Shown here: piece after piece, positions 1 through 10,863 of the stretch | Position numbering within the stretch: the first letter of the stretch is position 1 | Layout of the letters: every line of letters begins with the position of its first letter | From: an uncultured Woeseiaceae bacterium | Lineage (GTDB): Bacteria; Pseudomonadota; Gammaproteobacteria; Steroidobacterales; Woeseiaceae | Length of the DNA: 34,529 nucleotides | Direction of reading: 5' to 3' | Assembly (NCBI GenBank): GCA_964439125.1 | Contig: CAYTNO010000001.1 | Coordinates: 1-34,529, forward strand | Translations under genes and position numbers: made by a program | Notes under the pieces: generated by a model | The model's input: the letters and a program-made list of their open reading frames with translations, nothing else | The model's database searches: none | Told to the model about the DNA's origin: nothing

Positions 1-537
1 CGTCACCCCGAATTACGTTTTTCTATCTCGTACACAACGCGACCCAAGCGACGCAACGAGGCAGACGGCGTCGATTATCTGTTTGTCGACAAGGGCGAAT
101 TCACGCGGCTACGAGATACCGGCGCACTGCTAGAGTATGCCGAGGTGTTCGACAACTATTACGGCACCAGCCGTGAACAGGTCAGTCAGCACCTGGATGC
201 CGGCCACAACGTCGTCCTCGAAATCGACTGGCAGGGCGCGCAGCAAGTGCGCGAATCGATGCCCGAATGCATTACGATTTTCATCATGCCCCCTTCAGTC
301 GCCGAACTTGAACGCCGATTGCGCAGCCGCCGCACTGACAGCGATCGCGTCATTAATCGCAGGCTGCGAGATGCCCTCAGCGACATGTCCCACTGGGGAG
401 ATTTCGACTATGTCGTCATCAATGATGATCTTGAGACGGCCGTGGCCGAGCTTGAGGCGGTTTTTGCGGGGCGGGGCGCGTCAAGCGCAACCGACAATGA
501 AGCCCTGAGGCACGCCGTCAAAGGTGTCATTGGCTAA
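1..537 (+). CDS. gmk: Guanylate kinase, 5'-truncated by the window edge
   Basis: Frame 1 is open from nt 1 (RHPELRFSISYTTRPKRRNEADGVDYLFVDKGEF...AEVFDNYYGTS) and continuous with track ORF 145..537. The S-x-TTR-x-x-R-x-x-E-x-x-G-x-x-Y-x-F and YYGTS signatures fit guanylate kinase. The gmk-rpoZ-spoT order supports the call. Confidence 0.9.
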   Translation, partial: RHPELRFSISYTTRPKRRNEADGVDYLFVDKGEFTRLRDTGALLEYAEVFDNYYGTSREQVSQHLDAGHNVVLEIDWQGAQQVRESMPECITIFIMPPSVAELERRLRSRRTDSDRVINRRLRDALSDMSHWGDFDYVVINDDLETAVAELEAVFAGRGASSATDNEALRHAVKGVIG

Positions 538-618
538 ATAACTTTTTGGAATAAGGGGTAGCCAAGGCCCGCGTCGGCGCTGTATGGTGCCCGCCGACCT
601 CACATCAGGAACAAACGC

Positions 619-900
619 ATGGCTCGTATTACGGTTGAAGACTGCCTCGGCAACATCAATAACATCTTTGAAATGGTGCTTGTCGCCGCAAAACGCGCCC
701 GTCGCGTCGCACATGGTGCCGAGCCGATGGTCGACCTGGAGAATGACAAGCCAACGGTGGTCGCGCTTCGCGAGATCGCGGAGGGTCACGTTACGCCGGC
801 CATCCTCGAGGAAATCGATCAGCCGCCCGTCGAAGAGTTCATGACTCCCGAGACGACGGAAGACGTTCTCCCTGTTCGCGGAATTTCGATCGGCGACTAA
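619..900 (+). CDS. rpoZ: DNA-directed RNA polymerase omega subunit
   Basis: 93 aa. The N-terminus [30 protein letters not shown] is the canonical RpoZ start. It sits between gmk and spoT. Confidence 0.95.
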   Translation: MARITVEDCLGNINNIFEMVLVAAKRARRVAHGAEPMVDLENDKPTVVALREIAEGHVTPAILEEIDQPPVEEFMTPETTEDVLPVRGISIGD

Positions 901-972
901 AGCACGCTTTTTTTAGTCCCAAAGCGGGGCTTTCGCACCTGACATTCCCTGTAACGCAGGTATGATCAGGAG

Positions 973-3129
973 ATGGATTACGCCGCAACTCTATTGGCAA
1001 AACTGCCGGGCGCGTCAAGACGCGACCACGGTCTGCGGCGCCTGCTGGAAACCCTCGAGACCTATCTGCCACAGGAGCAGATAGAGACCGTGATGCAGGC
1101 CTACGAATTTGGCGCGCACGCTCATGACGGGCAGACGCGCCAAACCGGTGAGGCCTACATCTCCCACCCGGTCGCAGTCGCACAGGAACTGGCCGAGATG
1201 CACCTCGATGCACAGGCCGTCGTAGCCGCATTGCTCCACGACGTCGTTGAGGACACGTACGCGTCGATTGCCGACATCGAAGAGAGATTTGGCGGCGAGG
1301 TCGCCTTGCTGGTCGATGGCGTCAGCAAGCTGGATCAAATCCAGTTCCGTGATCGTGCTGAGGCTCAGGCCGAAAGTTTTCGAAAAATGATGCTCGCGAT
1401 GATCGAGGACATTCGTGTCATTCTCGTTAAGCTGGCTGACCGCATGCACAACATGCAGACCCTCGGTGCCATGCCCCCGGAAAAACGTTCGCGTATCGCG
1501 CGTGAAACGCTCGATATTTATGCGCCCATAGCTAATCGACTCGGCATTAACCGTTTCAAGGTTGAGCTTGAGAATCTCGGCTTCAAAAACCTTTATCCAT
1601 ATCGCTATCGCGTTCTCGAAAAGACGCTGCGCCGCAGCCAGGGCAGCCAGCGACAAATGGTCAAGAAGATAACGGAAGAGTTCGTTTCGTCTCTTGCCAA
1701 CGAAGGAATTAACGCCGAGGTTATGGGCCGCGAGAAGCACCTCTACAGCATCTACAAGAAAATGCTGGAGAAGAAGCTACTGCTGAATGATGTCGTTGAT
1801 GTTTACGGCTTCCGGATTATCGTTGATGACGTTAATGACTGTTACAAAGTGTTAGGCATCGTGCATGGGTTGTACAAACCAATGCCCGGAAGATTCAAAG
1901 ACTACATCGCCATACCGCGCATCAATGGCTACCAGTCCCTGCATACCACGTTGTTTGGCCCGAAGGGGCAGCCCCTCGAGGTACAGATTCGCACGCGCCA
2001 TATGGATCAGGTCGCTGAATCGGGCGTCGCGTCGCACTGGCAATACAAAGCGGGCGACAAATCCGATGCAACGCCGCAACGACGTGCACGGGAGTGGCTC
2101 TCAAACCTCGCCGAACTGCAGGGCACGGAGACTTCCGAAGAATTTCTTGAAAGCGTCAAGGTCGATTTGTTCCCCGACAAGATTTACGTCTTCACGCCGA
2201 AGGGCGACATCATGCCGCTACCTAAAGGTGCGACGACGGTGGATTTTGCTTATGCCGTGCACACCGACGTCGGCAATCGCTGCGTCGCAGCGAAGATCAA
2301 TCGAAACCTGGTTCCACTCAGAACACCGCTGCAAAATGGCCAAACAGTAGAGGTCGTCACCAGCCGCGGCGCCCGGCCAAACCCGAACTGGTTATCTTTT
2401 GTCCGCACAGCCAAAGCTCGAAACTCTATTCGCACACATATGAAGTCGATGCGCTCCAGCGAGTCGGTTGACCTCGGCAAACGACTGCTAGATCGCGCAC
2501 TTAAAGATCTCGATTCATCGCTGCGAAAGATTGGCAAGGTTCGTATGAATGCTGCTTTGGACGAGCTTGGGTTCAACAACAACACCGAACTATTCGAACA
2601 GATCGGGCTCGGCGAGCGGCTGGCACCGCTGACCGCCCGCTTCCTTCTTGGCGCCAACGAAGAGGGTCAGTCCGAGCCGACGACAACCAGTCTCGTCATC
2701 GCGGGAACGGAAGGCATGGTAGTAACGTACGCGCGGTGCTGTCACCCGATCCCCGGTGACGAAGTAATGGGTTATCTGAGTTCCGGGCGAGGCATTGTTA
2801 TTCACCGTAATAACTGTGGAAACCTTATCAATTTCCGCAAACAGCCGGAGAAGTGGATCTCGGTCGGCTGGGAGAAAGAAATCGGTCGCGACTTCTCCAG
2901 TCAGATTCAGGTCGACACAATCAACAAGCCCGGCGTACTCGCCGAAGTTGCCGCAACAATCGCAGACAGCAATTCGAACATCGAGCAGGTATCCGTGTTG
3001 GGTCGGCATGAAGACTGCTCGATGCTGTCATTTCTTTTGCAGGTGCGTGACCGCACCCACCTTGCCCAAATAATGCGCAACGTGCATAAGATGCCAAGCG
3101 TCATTCGTGTAGCACGCGACTGCGCCTGA
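973..3129 (+). CDS. spoT: Bifunctional (p)ppGpp synthetase/hydrolase (RelA/SpoT homologue)
   Basis: 718 aa. HD hydrolase motif (HPVAVA...LHDVVEDT), synthetase motif ([26 protein letters not shown]), and TGS and C-terminal ACT-like regions. Lies downstream of rpoZ. The start is slightly uncertain: AGGAG abuts the ATG at 973, and the N-terminus is about 20 aa longer than E. coli SpoT. Confidence 0.92.
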   Translation: MDYAATLLAKLPGASRRDHGLRRLLETLETYLPQEQIETVMQAYEFGAHAHDGQTRQTGEAYISHPVAVAQELAEMHLDAQAVVAALLHDVVEDTYASIADIEERFGGEVALLVDGVSKLDQIQFRDRAEAQAESFRKMMLAMIEDIRVILVKLADRMHNMQTLGAMPPEKRSRIARETLDIYAPIANRLGINRFKVELENLGFKNLYPYRYRVLEKTLRRSQGSQRQMVKKITEEFVSSLANEGINAEVMGREKHLYSIYKKMLEKKLLLNDVVDVYGFRIIVDDVNDCYKVLGIVHGLYKPMPGRFKDYIAIPRINGYQSLHTTLFGPKGQPLEVQIRTRHMDQVAESGVASHWQYKAGDKSDATPQRRAREWLSNLAELQGTETSEEFLESVKVDLFPDKIYVFTPKGDIMPLPKGATTVDFAYAVHTDVGNRCVAAKINRNLVPLRTPLQNGQTVEVVTSRGARPNPNWLSFVRTAKARNSIRTHMKSMRSSESVDLGKRLLDRALKDLDSSLRKIGKVRMNAALDELGFNNNTELFEQIGLGERLAPLTARFLLGANEEGQSEPTTTSLVIAGTEGMVVTYARCCHPIPGDEVMGYLSSGRGIVIHRNNCGNLINFRKQPEKWISVGWEKEIGRDFSSQIQVDTINKPGVLAEVAATIADSNSNIEQVSVLGRHEDCSMLSFLLQVRDRTHLAQIMRNVHKMPSVIRVARDCA

Positions 3130-3166
3130 TCACGGTCTCAACAGAATAAACAGCACAGGAAATTCG

Positions 3167-3547
3167 ATGAGCAAGCATGCTATTCATAGCGAAAACGCGC
3201 CCGCCGCAATCGGCACTTACTCGCAGGCTATCCGCACAGGTGACCTTGTGTTCCTCTCCGGCCAGATCCCCCTTGACGCGGCGACGATGGAAGTCGTTGA
3301 GGGCGATTTCGAAGCGCGCGCACGGCAGGTTTTCGAAAATCTAAAAGCCGTAGCTGCGGCCGCAGGCGGCGACCTCAACCAGGTCGTCAAGCTCACAGTT
3401 TTCCTGACCGACCTCGGCAACTTCGCGACAGTAAACAGCGTGATGGAAGATTATTTCGACAAGCCATTCCCTGCGCGCGCGGCGGTCGGTGTTGCTTCTC
3501 TCCCCAAGGGTGTCGACGTCGAAGCGGATGCAATCCTCGCCCTGTAA
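3167..3547 (+). CDS. ridA: RidA/YjgF-family reactive-intermediate deaminase
   Basis: 126 aa. Contains [21 protein letters not shown] and VEADAILAL, typical of the RidA family. AGGA lies 6 nt upstream of the ATG. Confidence 0.9.
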   Translation: MSKHAIHSENAPAAIGTYSQAIRTGDLVFLSGQIPLDAATMEVVEGDFEARARQVFENLKAVAAAAGGDLNQVVKLTVFLTDLGNFATVNSVMEDYFDKPFPARAAVGVASLPKGVDVEADAILAL

Positions 3548-5615
3548 CCTCGAATCAGCACTGACCGTACTTAACGGCGTCGGGCCCGCACTCGCGAAAA
3601 AGCTCGAGCGGCTTGGCCTGTATCGCGTCGAAGATCTTCTTTTCCTGTTGCCATTGCGATACGAGGATCGAACGCAGATGGTCAAAATCGGCGCGCTTCA
3701 GCCAGGGAAGCGATGCCTGATCACGGGCGAAGTGTTGCTGGCTGAGGTGGCATTCCGTGGTCGCCGCAACCTGCTGGTTCGCATCGACGATGGCAGCGGC
3801 CAGATCACGCTGCGATTCTTTCATTTTTCGCGGCAGCAACAGGCGCAGTTTCGACCGGGCGCCCATGTCACCTGTTTCGGTGAGGCTCGTAAGGGCGCGG
3901 CAAGTCTGGAAATGATTCATCCCGAGTACCGCATTCTCAAAGAGAACCAGGACGCCGAGATTAACGAAAGCCTGACGGCGATATACCCGGCCACGGAAGG
4001 GGTGCAACAGGGCCGCTTGCGCAACCTCACGAACCAGGCACTACGCATAATGGGCGACGCCCCGCCATCCGAACTGCTACCGGAAAGCGTTCGCGAGAAA
4101 CTGGATCTTCCGGTGCTTGTTGACGCGATCGCGTATTTGCACAGGCCGCCGCCCGATGCGGACGTCGCGCGAATGATCGAGGGGACGCACCCGTGCCAGC
4201 AGCGGCTCGCTTTCGAGGAGTTGCTCGCACATTACCTTAGCTTGCGGAATCTGCGCGCACTCGCGCAGACCGAGAGCGCAAGGGCGCTGGCCGAAGGCGG
4301 TTCCCAGGTAGAAAAGTTCATCGCCGATCTGCCATTTACGTTGACGTCGGCGCAGCAACGCGTCGTTGACGAAATTCTTCAAGATCTGGCGGAACCGCAT
4401 CCGATGATGCGTTTGATCCAAGGCGATGTGGGGTCCGGTAAAACGGTGGTGGCCGCCATCGCGTGCCTGAAGGCGATCTCATGCGGCGTTCAGGCTGCAA
4501 TCATGGCGCCTACCGAGTTACTCGCCGAGCAACACTGGCGTAGTTTTGGTGACTGGTTTCGACCGCTTGGCATTGAGCCAGCCTGGCTCAGTGGCAGTCA
4601 ACGAGCCGCCGCCAGACGCGAAGCGCTTGCATCAATTGCGGACGGCAGTGCCGGTCTGGTCGTTGGCACGCACGCCCTTTTTCAGGAGGGCGTTGAGTTT
4701 CAAAACCTTGCGCTTGTGATTATTGACGAACAGCATCGCTTCGGCGTTCATCAGCGTGTGGCCCTGCGCGAGAAAGGTGTCACGGAGCACGGCCATCCCC
4801 ACCAACTCGTCATGACAGCAACGCCTATTCCGCGCACGCTGGCGATGGCCGCTTACGCCGACCTGGACACTTCGATAATCGACGAATTACCTCCCGGGCG
4901 ACAGCCGGTTTCTACCGTTGCTCTTCCCGACGCGCGCCGCGAAGACGTTGTCGCACGGGTGCGAACTGCGTGTCAGTCCGGTCAGCAGGCGTATTGGGTC
5001 TGCCCGCTCATCGAAGAGTCTGAAGTGCTGGATTTCGAGGCCGCCGAGGTCCGCTACGAAATGCTCGTGCAGGCTCTGCCTGACCTGCGTATCGGCCTCG
5101 TTCACGGCCGCATGCGTCCCGCCGAAAAGGAACGCGGCATGCAGGCGTTCAAAGACGGTCTCATCCAGTTACTTGTGGCCACAACAGTCATCGAGGTTGG
5201 CGTCGACATACCTAACGCGAGCCTGATGATCATCGAGAACGCTGAACGCATGGGCCTTTCGCAGCTACACCAGCTGCGTGGGCGCGTGGGGCGGGGCACC
5301 ACGCAAAGTCACTGCGTGCTTTTGTACAAACCGCCGCTGGGGCGGCTGGCACGCACCCGACTCGCGGTACTGCGCGATACCAATGATGGCTTTGTTGTTG
5401 CCCAACGTGACCTCGAGCTGCGCGGTCCGGGTGAACTGCTCGGCACGAAACAGACTGGCTTGCCGGAGTACCGTATCGCCAACCTGGTTCGCGATGCGGA
5501 GTTGATGCCGCAGGTGCAGGCGGCGGCAGAGTCGGTGCGTCGTCTTGCGCCAGACAGCGCCGCGGCAATTGTGCGCCGCTGGCTGGGTGATGCCAGCCGT
5601 TATGGAAAGGTCTGA
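3528..5615 (+). CDS. recG: ATP-dependent DNA helicase RecG
   Basis: N-terminus [35 protein letters not shown], Walker A GDVGSGKT and the DEQHRFG box. The track ORF begins at a GTG at 3489 inside ridA. I prefer the ATG at 3528 by alignment with the E. coli RecG N-terminus. The start remains uncertain. Confidence 0.9.
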   Translation: MQSSPCNLESALTVLNGVGPALAKKLERLGLYRVEDLLFLLPLRYEDRTQMVKIGALQPGKRCLITGEVLLAEVAFRGRRNLLVRIDDGSGQITLRFFHFSRQQQAQFRPGAHVTCFGEARKGAASLEMIHPEYRILKENQDAEINESLTAIYPATEGVQQGRLRNLTNQALRIMGDAPPSELLPESVREKLDLPVLVDAIAYLHRPPPDADVARMIEGTHPCQQRLAFEELLAHYLSLRNLRALAQTESARALAEGGSQVEKFIADLPFTLTSAQQRVVDEILQDLAEPHPMMRLIQGDVGSGKTVVAAIACLKAISCGVQAAIMAPTELLAEQHWRSFGDWFRPLGIEPAWLSGSQRAAARREALASIADGSAGLVVGTHALFQEGVEFQNLALVIIDEQHRFGVHQRVALREKGVTEHGHPHQLVMTATPIPRTLAMAAYADLDTSIIDELPPGRQPVSTVALPDARREDVVARVRTACQSGQQAYWVCPLIEESEVLDFEAAEVRYEMLVQALPDLRIGLVHGRMRPAEKERGMQAFKDGLIQLLVATTVIEVGVDIPNASLMIIENAERMGLSQLHQLRGRVGRGTTQSHCVLLYKPPLGRLARTRLAVLRDTNDGFVVAQRDLELRGPGELLGTKQTGLPEYRIANLVRDAELMPQVQAAAESVRRLAPDSAAAIVRRWLGDASRYGKV

Positions 5616-5634
5616 CTTCTGGTAACGTAACGCG

Positions 5635-6537
5635 ATGAAGAACGTCCTCTCCCCACAGGTGAAGCAAAGCGTAATCACGCAGCTGCGCAACTACGCCAAG
5701 CTGATGCGCATCGACAAGCCCATCGGAATCTGGCTGCTGATGTGGCCGACCTTATGGGCACTGTGGCTGGCAGGAAAAGGACACCCCGATCAATGGCTGT
5801 TTGTCATTTTCGTGCTGGGCGTTTTCATTATGCGCTCTGCCGGCTGCGTGCTGAACGACTATGTTGACCGCAAAATAGATCCCTACGTCGAGCGAACCAG
5901 AACAAGGCCGATTGCGTCCGGTGCGGTTGCGCCCGCCGAAGCACTTGTGCTGTTTCTCGCCCTGTCGTTAATAGCGATTGGCCTCGCGACGATGCTCAAC
6001 AGACCCGCACGCCTGCTCGCCATTGTCGCTGCAGGTCTAACGATTGCATACCCGTTTATCAAGCGCGTCGTGTCTATTCCGCAGTTAGTTTTGGGCGCCG
6101 CATTTGGTTGGGCCGTGCCGATGGCTTTCGCGGCGCAAACCGGTGAAACACCGCAGCTCGCCTGGCTCGTGTTTGGTGCGGCCCTTGTTTGGGCTGTGAT
6201 CTACGATACGTTCTATGCCATGGTCGATCGCGAGGACGACCGCAAAGTCGGCGTCAAATCGACAGCGCTGCTTTTCGGTGAGGTCGATCTTTTTGTCATC
6301 GCCGGCCTGCAGTTGCTGATGCTCGTTGCACTGACTCTCGTTGGTATGCGCGCCGAGCTTGGGTTCTGGTACTTCGCGTCCGTCGTCGGCGCCGCTGCAC
6401 TTATGGCTTATCACCAATGGCTCGCACGCGATCGTCAGCCGGCCGGTTGTTTTGCGGCGTTCTTGCACAATCACACCATCGGTCTCGTCATCTTCGTTGG
6501 CATCGTTTTGCACTACACTTTTACGCCCGGGCTATAG
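5635..6537 (+). CDS. ubiA: 4-hydroxybenzoate polyprenyltransferase
   Basis: 300 aa polytopic membrane protein with NDYVDRKIDPYVERTRTRP (the UbiA NDxxDxxxD motif) and a second D-rich motif YAMVDREDD. Confidence 0.9.
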   Translation: MKNVLSPQVKQSVITQLRNYAKLMRIDKPIGIWLLMWPTLWALWLAGKGHPDQWLFVIFVLGVFIMRSAGCVLNDYVDRKIDPYVERTRTRPIASGAVAPAEALVLFLALSLIAIGLATMLNRPARLLAIVAAGLTIAYPFIKRVVSIPQLVLGAAFGWAVPMAFAAQTGETPQLAWLVFGAALVWAVIYDTFYAMVDREDDRKVGVKSTALLFGEVDLFVIAGLQLLMLVALTLVGMRAELGFWYFASVVGAAALMAYHQWLARDRQPAGCFAAFLHNHTIGLVIFVGIVLHYTFTPGL

Positions 6538-7258
6538 CGAGCACGCTGACACGTTCGACACCGTTTTCGAGTAGCACGCGTGCCAGTTGGCCGCAGGTTT
6601 CCCCGGTCGTAATAACATCGTCAACGATCAATACATGTTGCGCACTGATCTTGCCGCGCACGGCGAAAGCCGACTCCAGGTTGCCATGTCGATGCCTCGC
6701 GTCCAGCGCGCTTTGATAGGGCGTTGCCCGCGTTCGTCTGACGTTAGCCAATATCGGTAGCCCCGTGTTCAGCATGAGTGGTTTACATAGCTCCTCGGCC
6801 TGGTTGAAGCCGCGCGTGGCCTGTCTGTGCCAGTGCAGTGGCACTGCGACGAGCGCGTCGATGTCGTCCGCCAGATCAACCATGGAATCTATCAGCAGGC
6901 CTGCAAATGCAGGAACGTAGTCGAGCCTGCGGTTGAATTTCAGCGCCTTTATCGCTGCGTCTGTCGGAAACGCGTATTCGAGCCTCGCGATCGCCGCAAC
7001 GAACGGCGGCGGGCGTGCCTGGCACGCGGCGCAGTGGACGCCCTCCGGCAATGTTGTGCTGACCGGCGAGGCACAACGCCCGCAGCTATACTCGACTCGC
7101 GGAAGATCCGCATAACAGCCGCTGCAGATAGAGGCCTCATCCGGCGGCGAGCTCATGCCACAGAAAACGCAATGCCTCGGCATCAGCGCCACGTCGATAT
7201 TGCGAACTGCGCCGGACAGGAAATTTGCGACTCGCTGCATGACAGGTCTAAATTGCAT
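6521..7258 (-). CDS. comF: ComF-family phosphoribosyltransferase-domain protein
   Basis: N-terminal Cys-rich zinc-finger-like region (CVFCG...CSGCY...CGRC...CAAC) and a C-terminal PRT motif (VLIVDDVITTGET). The start is taken at the ATG at 7258 (MQFRPVMQ...). The 372-aa track ORF is an upstream extension running into bioC. The 3' end overlaps the ubiA stop region by 17 nt (convergent). Confidence 0.8.
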   Translation of the reverse strand: MQFRPVMQRVANFLSGAVRNIDVALMPRHCVFCGMSSPPDEASICSGCYADLPRVEYSCGRCASPVSTTLPEGVHCAACQARPPPFVAAIARLEYAFPTDAAIKALKFNRRLDYVPAFAGLLIDSMVDLADDIDALVAVPLHWHRQATRGFNQAEELCKPLMLNTGLPILANVRRTRATPYQSALDARHRHGNLESAFAVRGKISAQHVLIVDDVITTGETCGQLARVLLENGVERVSVLAIARA

Positions 7259-7361
7259 CGCGGAATTATCCTGACCATCACGCATGTCGTGCCATCCGCG
7301 TAAGCGCGGGATTCGTCGATAAAGCGTGATAACGTAAAGCGATAGCCTACGAGTACGCACA

Positions 7362-8225
7362 ATGAACCCCACGGACGACAACTCGCAGCTGAATCTTGGA
7401 GATGTTCGGCGCCGCTTCGATCGTGCCGCCTCTGGTTTTAATGCCGTCGATTTCGTCCACTCCGCAACGCGCGAAGGGCTGCTAACGCGACTTGCGCCCA
7501 TGCTCATCGACGCAAAGACCATTGTCGATCTCGGCTGTGCGACCGGAGCCGGGGGTAGGGCGCTCTCAAAACAGTTTCGCCGCGCCCACATCATTTCCAT
7601 TGATCTGTCACAACAGATGCTGCGACAAGCGCAGCACAAGCGCTCCCTTTTGGGCCGCAGGTCTGTGCTTCAGGCGAACGCAGCCGCATTACCGCTGGCT
7701 GCACATAGCGTTGACCTTGTTTTTGCCAACCTGTTGTTGCCCTGGATCAGTGACCTGACCACATTATTCACCGAGCTTAGCCGTGTCTTGCGAAAAGACG
7801 GGCTGTTCATTTTCTCGGCGCTCGGACCCGACAGCCTGCGGGAGTTGCGCCAGGCGTGGCGCGGCGTTAGCGACGACGCGCACGTTAATCTCTTTCCGGA
7901 CATGCATGACATCGGCGATGCCGCCGTGCGCTCGGGGCTCCGGGATCCGGTGCTCGACGTTGACCGCTTGCGAGTCAGCTATGAAAAACCGGAGGCGTTT
8001 TTTGCCGACCTGACGGCGCTGGGTGGGCGCAATAGCCTGCAAAATCGATCACGTTCGCTGACCGGGAAGGTCCGCTTTGGGGCCATGAAGGCCGCCCTGG
8101 CAGAGTCCGGCTCACTGACTCTCGACCTGGAGCTCGTTTATGGCCATTGCTGGGGTTCCGGGGCATCACCGGCAGGCGCTGAAGTGCGCATCGACGCCGT
8201 TCAAATCGGCCGACGTAAGCGCTAA
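7362..8225 (+). CDS. bioC: SAM-dependent methyltransferase, BioC-like (malonyl-ACP O-methyltransferase)
   Basis: 287 aa. Contains RRRFDRAASGF..., SAM motif I (IVDLGCATG), LRELRQAWRGVSDDAHVNLF and a C-terminal LELVYGHCWG. These are collinear with E. coli BioC as I recall it. No other bio genes are adjacent. Confidence 0.65.
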   Translation: MNPTDDNSQLNLGDVRRRFDRAASGFNAVDFVHSATREGLLTRLAPMLIDAKTIVDLGCATGAGGRALSKQFRRAHIISIDLSQQMLRQAQHKRSLLGRRSVLQANAAALPLAAHSVDLVFANLLLPWISDLTTLFTELSRVLRKDGLFIFSALGPDSLRELRQAWRGVSDDAHVNLFPDMHDIGDAAVRSGLRDPVLDVDRLRVSYEKPEAFFADLTALGGRNSLQNRSRSLTGKVRFGAMKAALAESGSLTLDLELVYGHCWGSGASPAGAEVRIDAVQIGRRKR

Positions 8226-8458
8226 TTTGGTTGCAGCGCAACAATTCTTCCGGCAGCCTCGATCAGGATGTTCGTAAGCCGTTGTAAAATCAGGACTATT
8301 CAACAAGCGTGCGGAAACTCTAGGATTGCATGGGCGGAGCTGTTTCAGTAAACTTCGCTGGCTTTTTTGCCGGTGAGGCAAGACTCGCCGCAAAACAACC
8401 CTGCACCTGCGGGTTTTTGGATATGAGCGCCCCTCTGGGGACGCTGGGTGAACAATCG

Positions 8459-9268
8459 ATGATACGAAAAACTATTTTGAGCTTGCTCGGCCTCGGCTGG
8501 GCAGGTGCGGCGATCGCTGACTGGGAACTCAACATGCCCAGGGGTGTTACCGACCTCAGCGCAGAAACTTACGATCTGCATATGCTGGTCTTCTGGATCT
8601 GCGTAGTGATCGGGATTATCGTTTTCGGCGTGATGGCCTGGTCGCTGATCATGCATCGCAAATCGAAAGGTGCGGAAGCGGCGACATTTTCGCACAGCAC
8701 CATGGCCGAAATAATCTGGACGGTTATTCCCGTTGTCATTTTGTTGGCCCTGTCGATCCCTTCTGCCGAGACGATGATCAAACTCGAAGATTCGCGCGAC
8801 CCCGACATCTCGATTGTAATCACTGCTTATCAATGGAAGTGGCATTACAAATACCAGGATGAAGACCTCGAATTCTATTCCAGCCTGGCGCGGCCAAGTG
8901 TCGAGGCGCGGCCAAAAGGTTCGGGCAGTGATCCATTTGCCGTGGAAAATTATCTCCTCGACGTCGATCGTCCACTCGTTGTGCCGAAAGGCAAGAAAGT
9001 ACGCTTGCTGTTGACCTCGAACGACGTCGTCCACGCCTGGTGGGTGCCGGAGCTGGCCATTAAGAAAGACGCAATTCCGGGCATCGTTAACGAAACGTGG
9101 TTCCGAGCCAATGAAACGGGAACCTATCGGGGCCAGTGCGCCGAACTCTGCGGCAAGGATCATGGCTATATGCCAATTGTTGTTGAAGTCGTTGAGGCCG
9201 ATGCTTACCAGGCCTGGGTTGAGACACGCACAGATAGCAGCGCTCAAGTCGCGCGGATGGAGAAGTAG
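8459..9268 (+). CDS. coxB: Cytochrome c oxidase subunit II (aa3-type, no fused cytochrome c domain)
   Basis: Signal peptide MIRKTILSLLGLGWAGAAIA, two TM helices, and the CuA site HAWWVPE...CAELCGKDHGYMP. The start is taken at the ATG at 8459, not the track start at 8330. Confidence 0.9.
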   Translation: MIRKTILSLLGLGWAGAAIADWELNMPRGVTDLSAETYDLHMLVFWICVVIGIIVFGVMAWSLIMHRKSKGAEAATFSHSTMAEIIWTVIPVVILLALSIPSAETMIKLEDSRDPDISIVITAYQWKWHYKYQDEDLEFYSSLARPSVEARPKGSGSDPFAVENYLLDVDRPLVVPKGKKVRLLLTSNDVVHAWWVPELAIKKDAIPGIVNETWFRANETGTYRGQCAELCGKDHGYMPIVVEVVEADAYQAWVETRTDSSAQVARMEK

Positions 9269-9270
9269 GG

Positions 9271-10863
9271 ATGACTACCGCTGTAGCAGACGCGCATGAT
9301 GATCACGGCCCGGCTAAAGGAATAAAGCGTTGGTTGTTTACGACCAACCACAAGGACATCGGCACGATGTACCTTGTTCTGAGCCTTATCATGTTCTTCG
9401 TCGGCGGCTCGATGGCGATGGTCATTCGCTCCGAGCTCGCCATACCGGGCCTGCAATTTGTTCATCCCGAGTTCTTCAACTCAATGACGACGATGCACGC
9501 TCTCGTGATGGTGTTCGGTGCTGTCATGCCCGCATTCGTAGGCCTCGCGAACTGGATGATCCCGATGATGATCGGCGCGCCGGATATGGCGTTGCCAAGA
9601 ATGAATAACTGGTCGTTCTGGATTCTTCCGGTTGCCTTCGGAATGCTGATTTCGACCTTGTTCATGCCCGGCGGTGCGCCCGCAAGCGGCTGGACAATGT
9701 ATCCACCTCTCGTTTTGCAGACCGGCGACGCCTTTCCGTTTTTAATCTTCTCGATTCACCTGATGGGCCTGAGTTCGATCATGGGCGCGATCAATATCAT
9801 CGTAACCATTCTCAACATGCGGGCACCGGACATGTGGCTTTTGAAGATGCCAATGTTCGTCTGGACGTGGTTGATCACGGCGTATCTTTTGATCGCCGTA
9901 ATGCCCGTTTTGGCGGGCGCCGTTACGATGTTGCTGACCGATCAGTTCTTTGGCACGAGCTTCTTTCTCGCGGCCGGCGGCGGCGACCCCGTCATGTTCC
10001 AGCACATCTTCTGGTTCTTCGGCCATCCCGAGGTGTACATCATGATTCTGCCGGCGTTTGGCGTCGTCTCAGAGATCATCCCGACATTCTCGAGAAAGCC
10101 GCTGTTCGGCCATGACTCAATGGTGTACGCCGCGTCGTGTATTGCGTTCCTGTCGTTTATCGTCTGGGCGCATCACATGTTTACGGTTGGCATGCCGCTG
10201 TCGGGCCAGTTGTTCTTTATGTTCGCGACAATGCTGATTGCGATCCCAACCGGCGTGAAGATCTTCAACTGGGTTGCCACAATGTGGCGCGGCTCCATGA
10301 CGTTTGAAACACCGATGCTGTTTTCGCTGGCTTTCGTATTCCTGTTCACGATCGGTGGATTCTCCGGCTTGATGCTCGCTGTTGCGCCGGCCGATATTCA
10401 ATATCACGACTCTTACTTTGTCGTTGCTCATTTTCACTACGTGCTGGTGCCAGGATCCGTATTCGCAATTATGGCCGCCGCGTATTACTGGCTGCCGAAG
10501 TGGACGGGGCACATGTATAACGAGACTGCCGGAAAATGGCATTTCTGGTTATCGACCATCTTCGTCAACCTCACGTTCTTCCCAATGCACTTTCTGGGTC
10601 TCGCGGGAATGCCGCGACGCATCCCCGACTACTCGACCCAGTTTGCCGACTTCAATGCCATGGCCAGTGTCGGTGCGATCGGCTTCGGCTTGTCGCAATT
10701 GGTCTTCGTGTATGTGCTGTTGACGTCAAAGCGCGGCGTAAAAGCGACCGACAGGGTTTGGGAGGCACCACGTGGTCTCGAGTGGACCGTGCCGTCACCC
10801 GCGCCTTACCACACGTTTGACACGCCACCGAAACTGCGTGTCGCCCAGGAGTCTTTCGAGTGA
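9271..10863 (+). CDS. ctaD: Cytochrome c oxidase subunit I
   Basis: 530 aa. Contains TTNHKDIGTMY, WAHHMFTVGM and FHYVL, the hallmark haem-copper oxidase subunit I motifs. Confidence 0.97.
   Translation: MTTAVADAHDDHGPAKGIKRWLFTTNHKDIGTMYLVLSLIMFFVGGSMAMVIRSELAIPGLQFVHPEFFNSMTTMHALVMVFGAVMPAFVGLANWMIPMMIGAPDMALPRMNNWSFWILPVAFGMLISTLFMPGGAPASGWTMYPPLVLQTGDAFPFLIFSIHLMGLSSIMGAINIIVTILNMRAPDMWLLKMPMFVWTWLITAYLLIAVMPVLAGAVTMLLTDQFFGTSFFLAAGGGDPVMFQHIFWFFGHPEVYIMILPAFGVVSEIIPTFSRKPLFGHDSMVYAASCIAFLSFIVWAHHMFTVGMPLSGQLFFMFATMLIAIPTGVKIFNWVATMWRGSMTFETPMLFSLAFVFLFTIGGFSGLMLAVAPADIQYHDSYFVVAHFHYVLVPGSVFAIMAAAYYWLPKWTGHMYNETAGKWHFWLSTIFVNLTFFPMHFLGLAGMPRRIPDYSTQFADFNAMASVGAIGFGLSQLVFVYVLLTSKRGVKATDRVWEAPRGLEWTVPSPAPYHTFDTPPKLRVAQESFE

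Noticed and set aside
6521-6537. 17-nt convergent overlap of the ubiA and comF 3' ends, plus the 4-nt ATGA/GTGA start-stop overlaps in the cox and tat operons.
   Set aside because: These are ordinary features of compact bacterial genomes reflecting translational coupling. They do not indicate a special mechanism.
7259-7639. 127-codon 5' extension of the comF ORF (MCCACRSICC...) overlapping the start of bioC.
   Set aside because: The extension has no ComF-like sequence and would overlap bioC by about 280 nt. ComF homology begins just after the ATG at 7258, or alternatively 7285.
8330-8458. 43-codon N-terminal extension of coxB in the track ORF, and similar extensions for recG (3489), coxC (11503), the ECF sigma gene (14923), the OMP gene (16713), trkA (20679), the TRAP Q gene (23437) and the SCO-like gene (13316).
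   Set aside because: Downstream in-frame starts give canonical N-termini or signal peptides and avoid overlap with upstream genes or with the terminator. The longest-ORF starts are artefacts.
8345-9247. 300-aa minus-strand ORF antisense to coxB.
   Set aside because: It is fully embedded antisense in a gene with unambiguous CuA and TM motifs. The translation is Arg/Gly/Pro-rich with no recognisable domain. This is a typical shadow ORF in GC-rich coding DNA.
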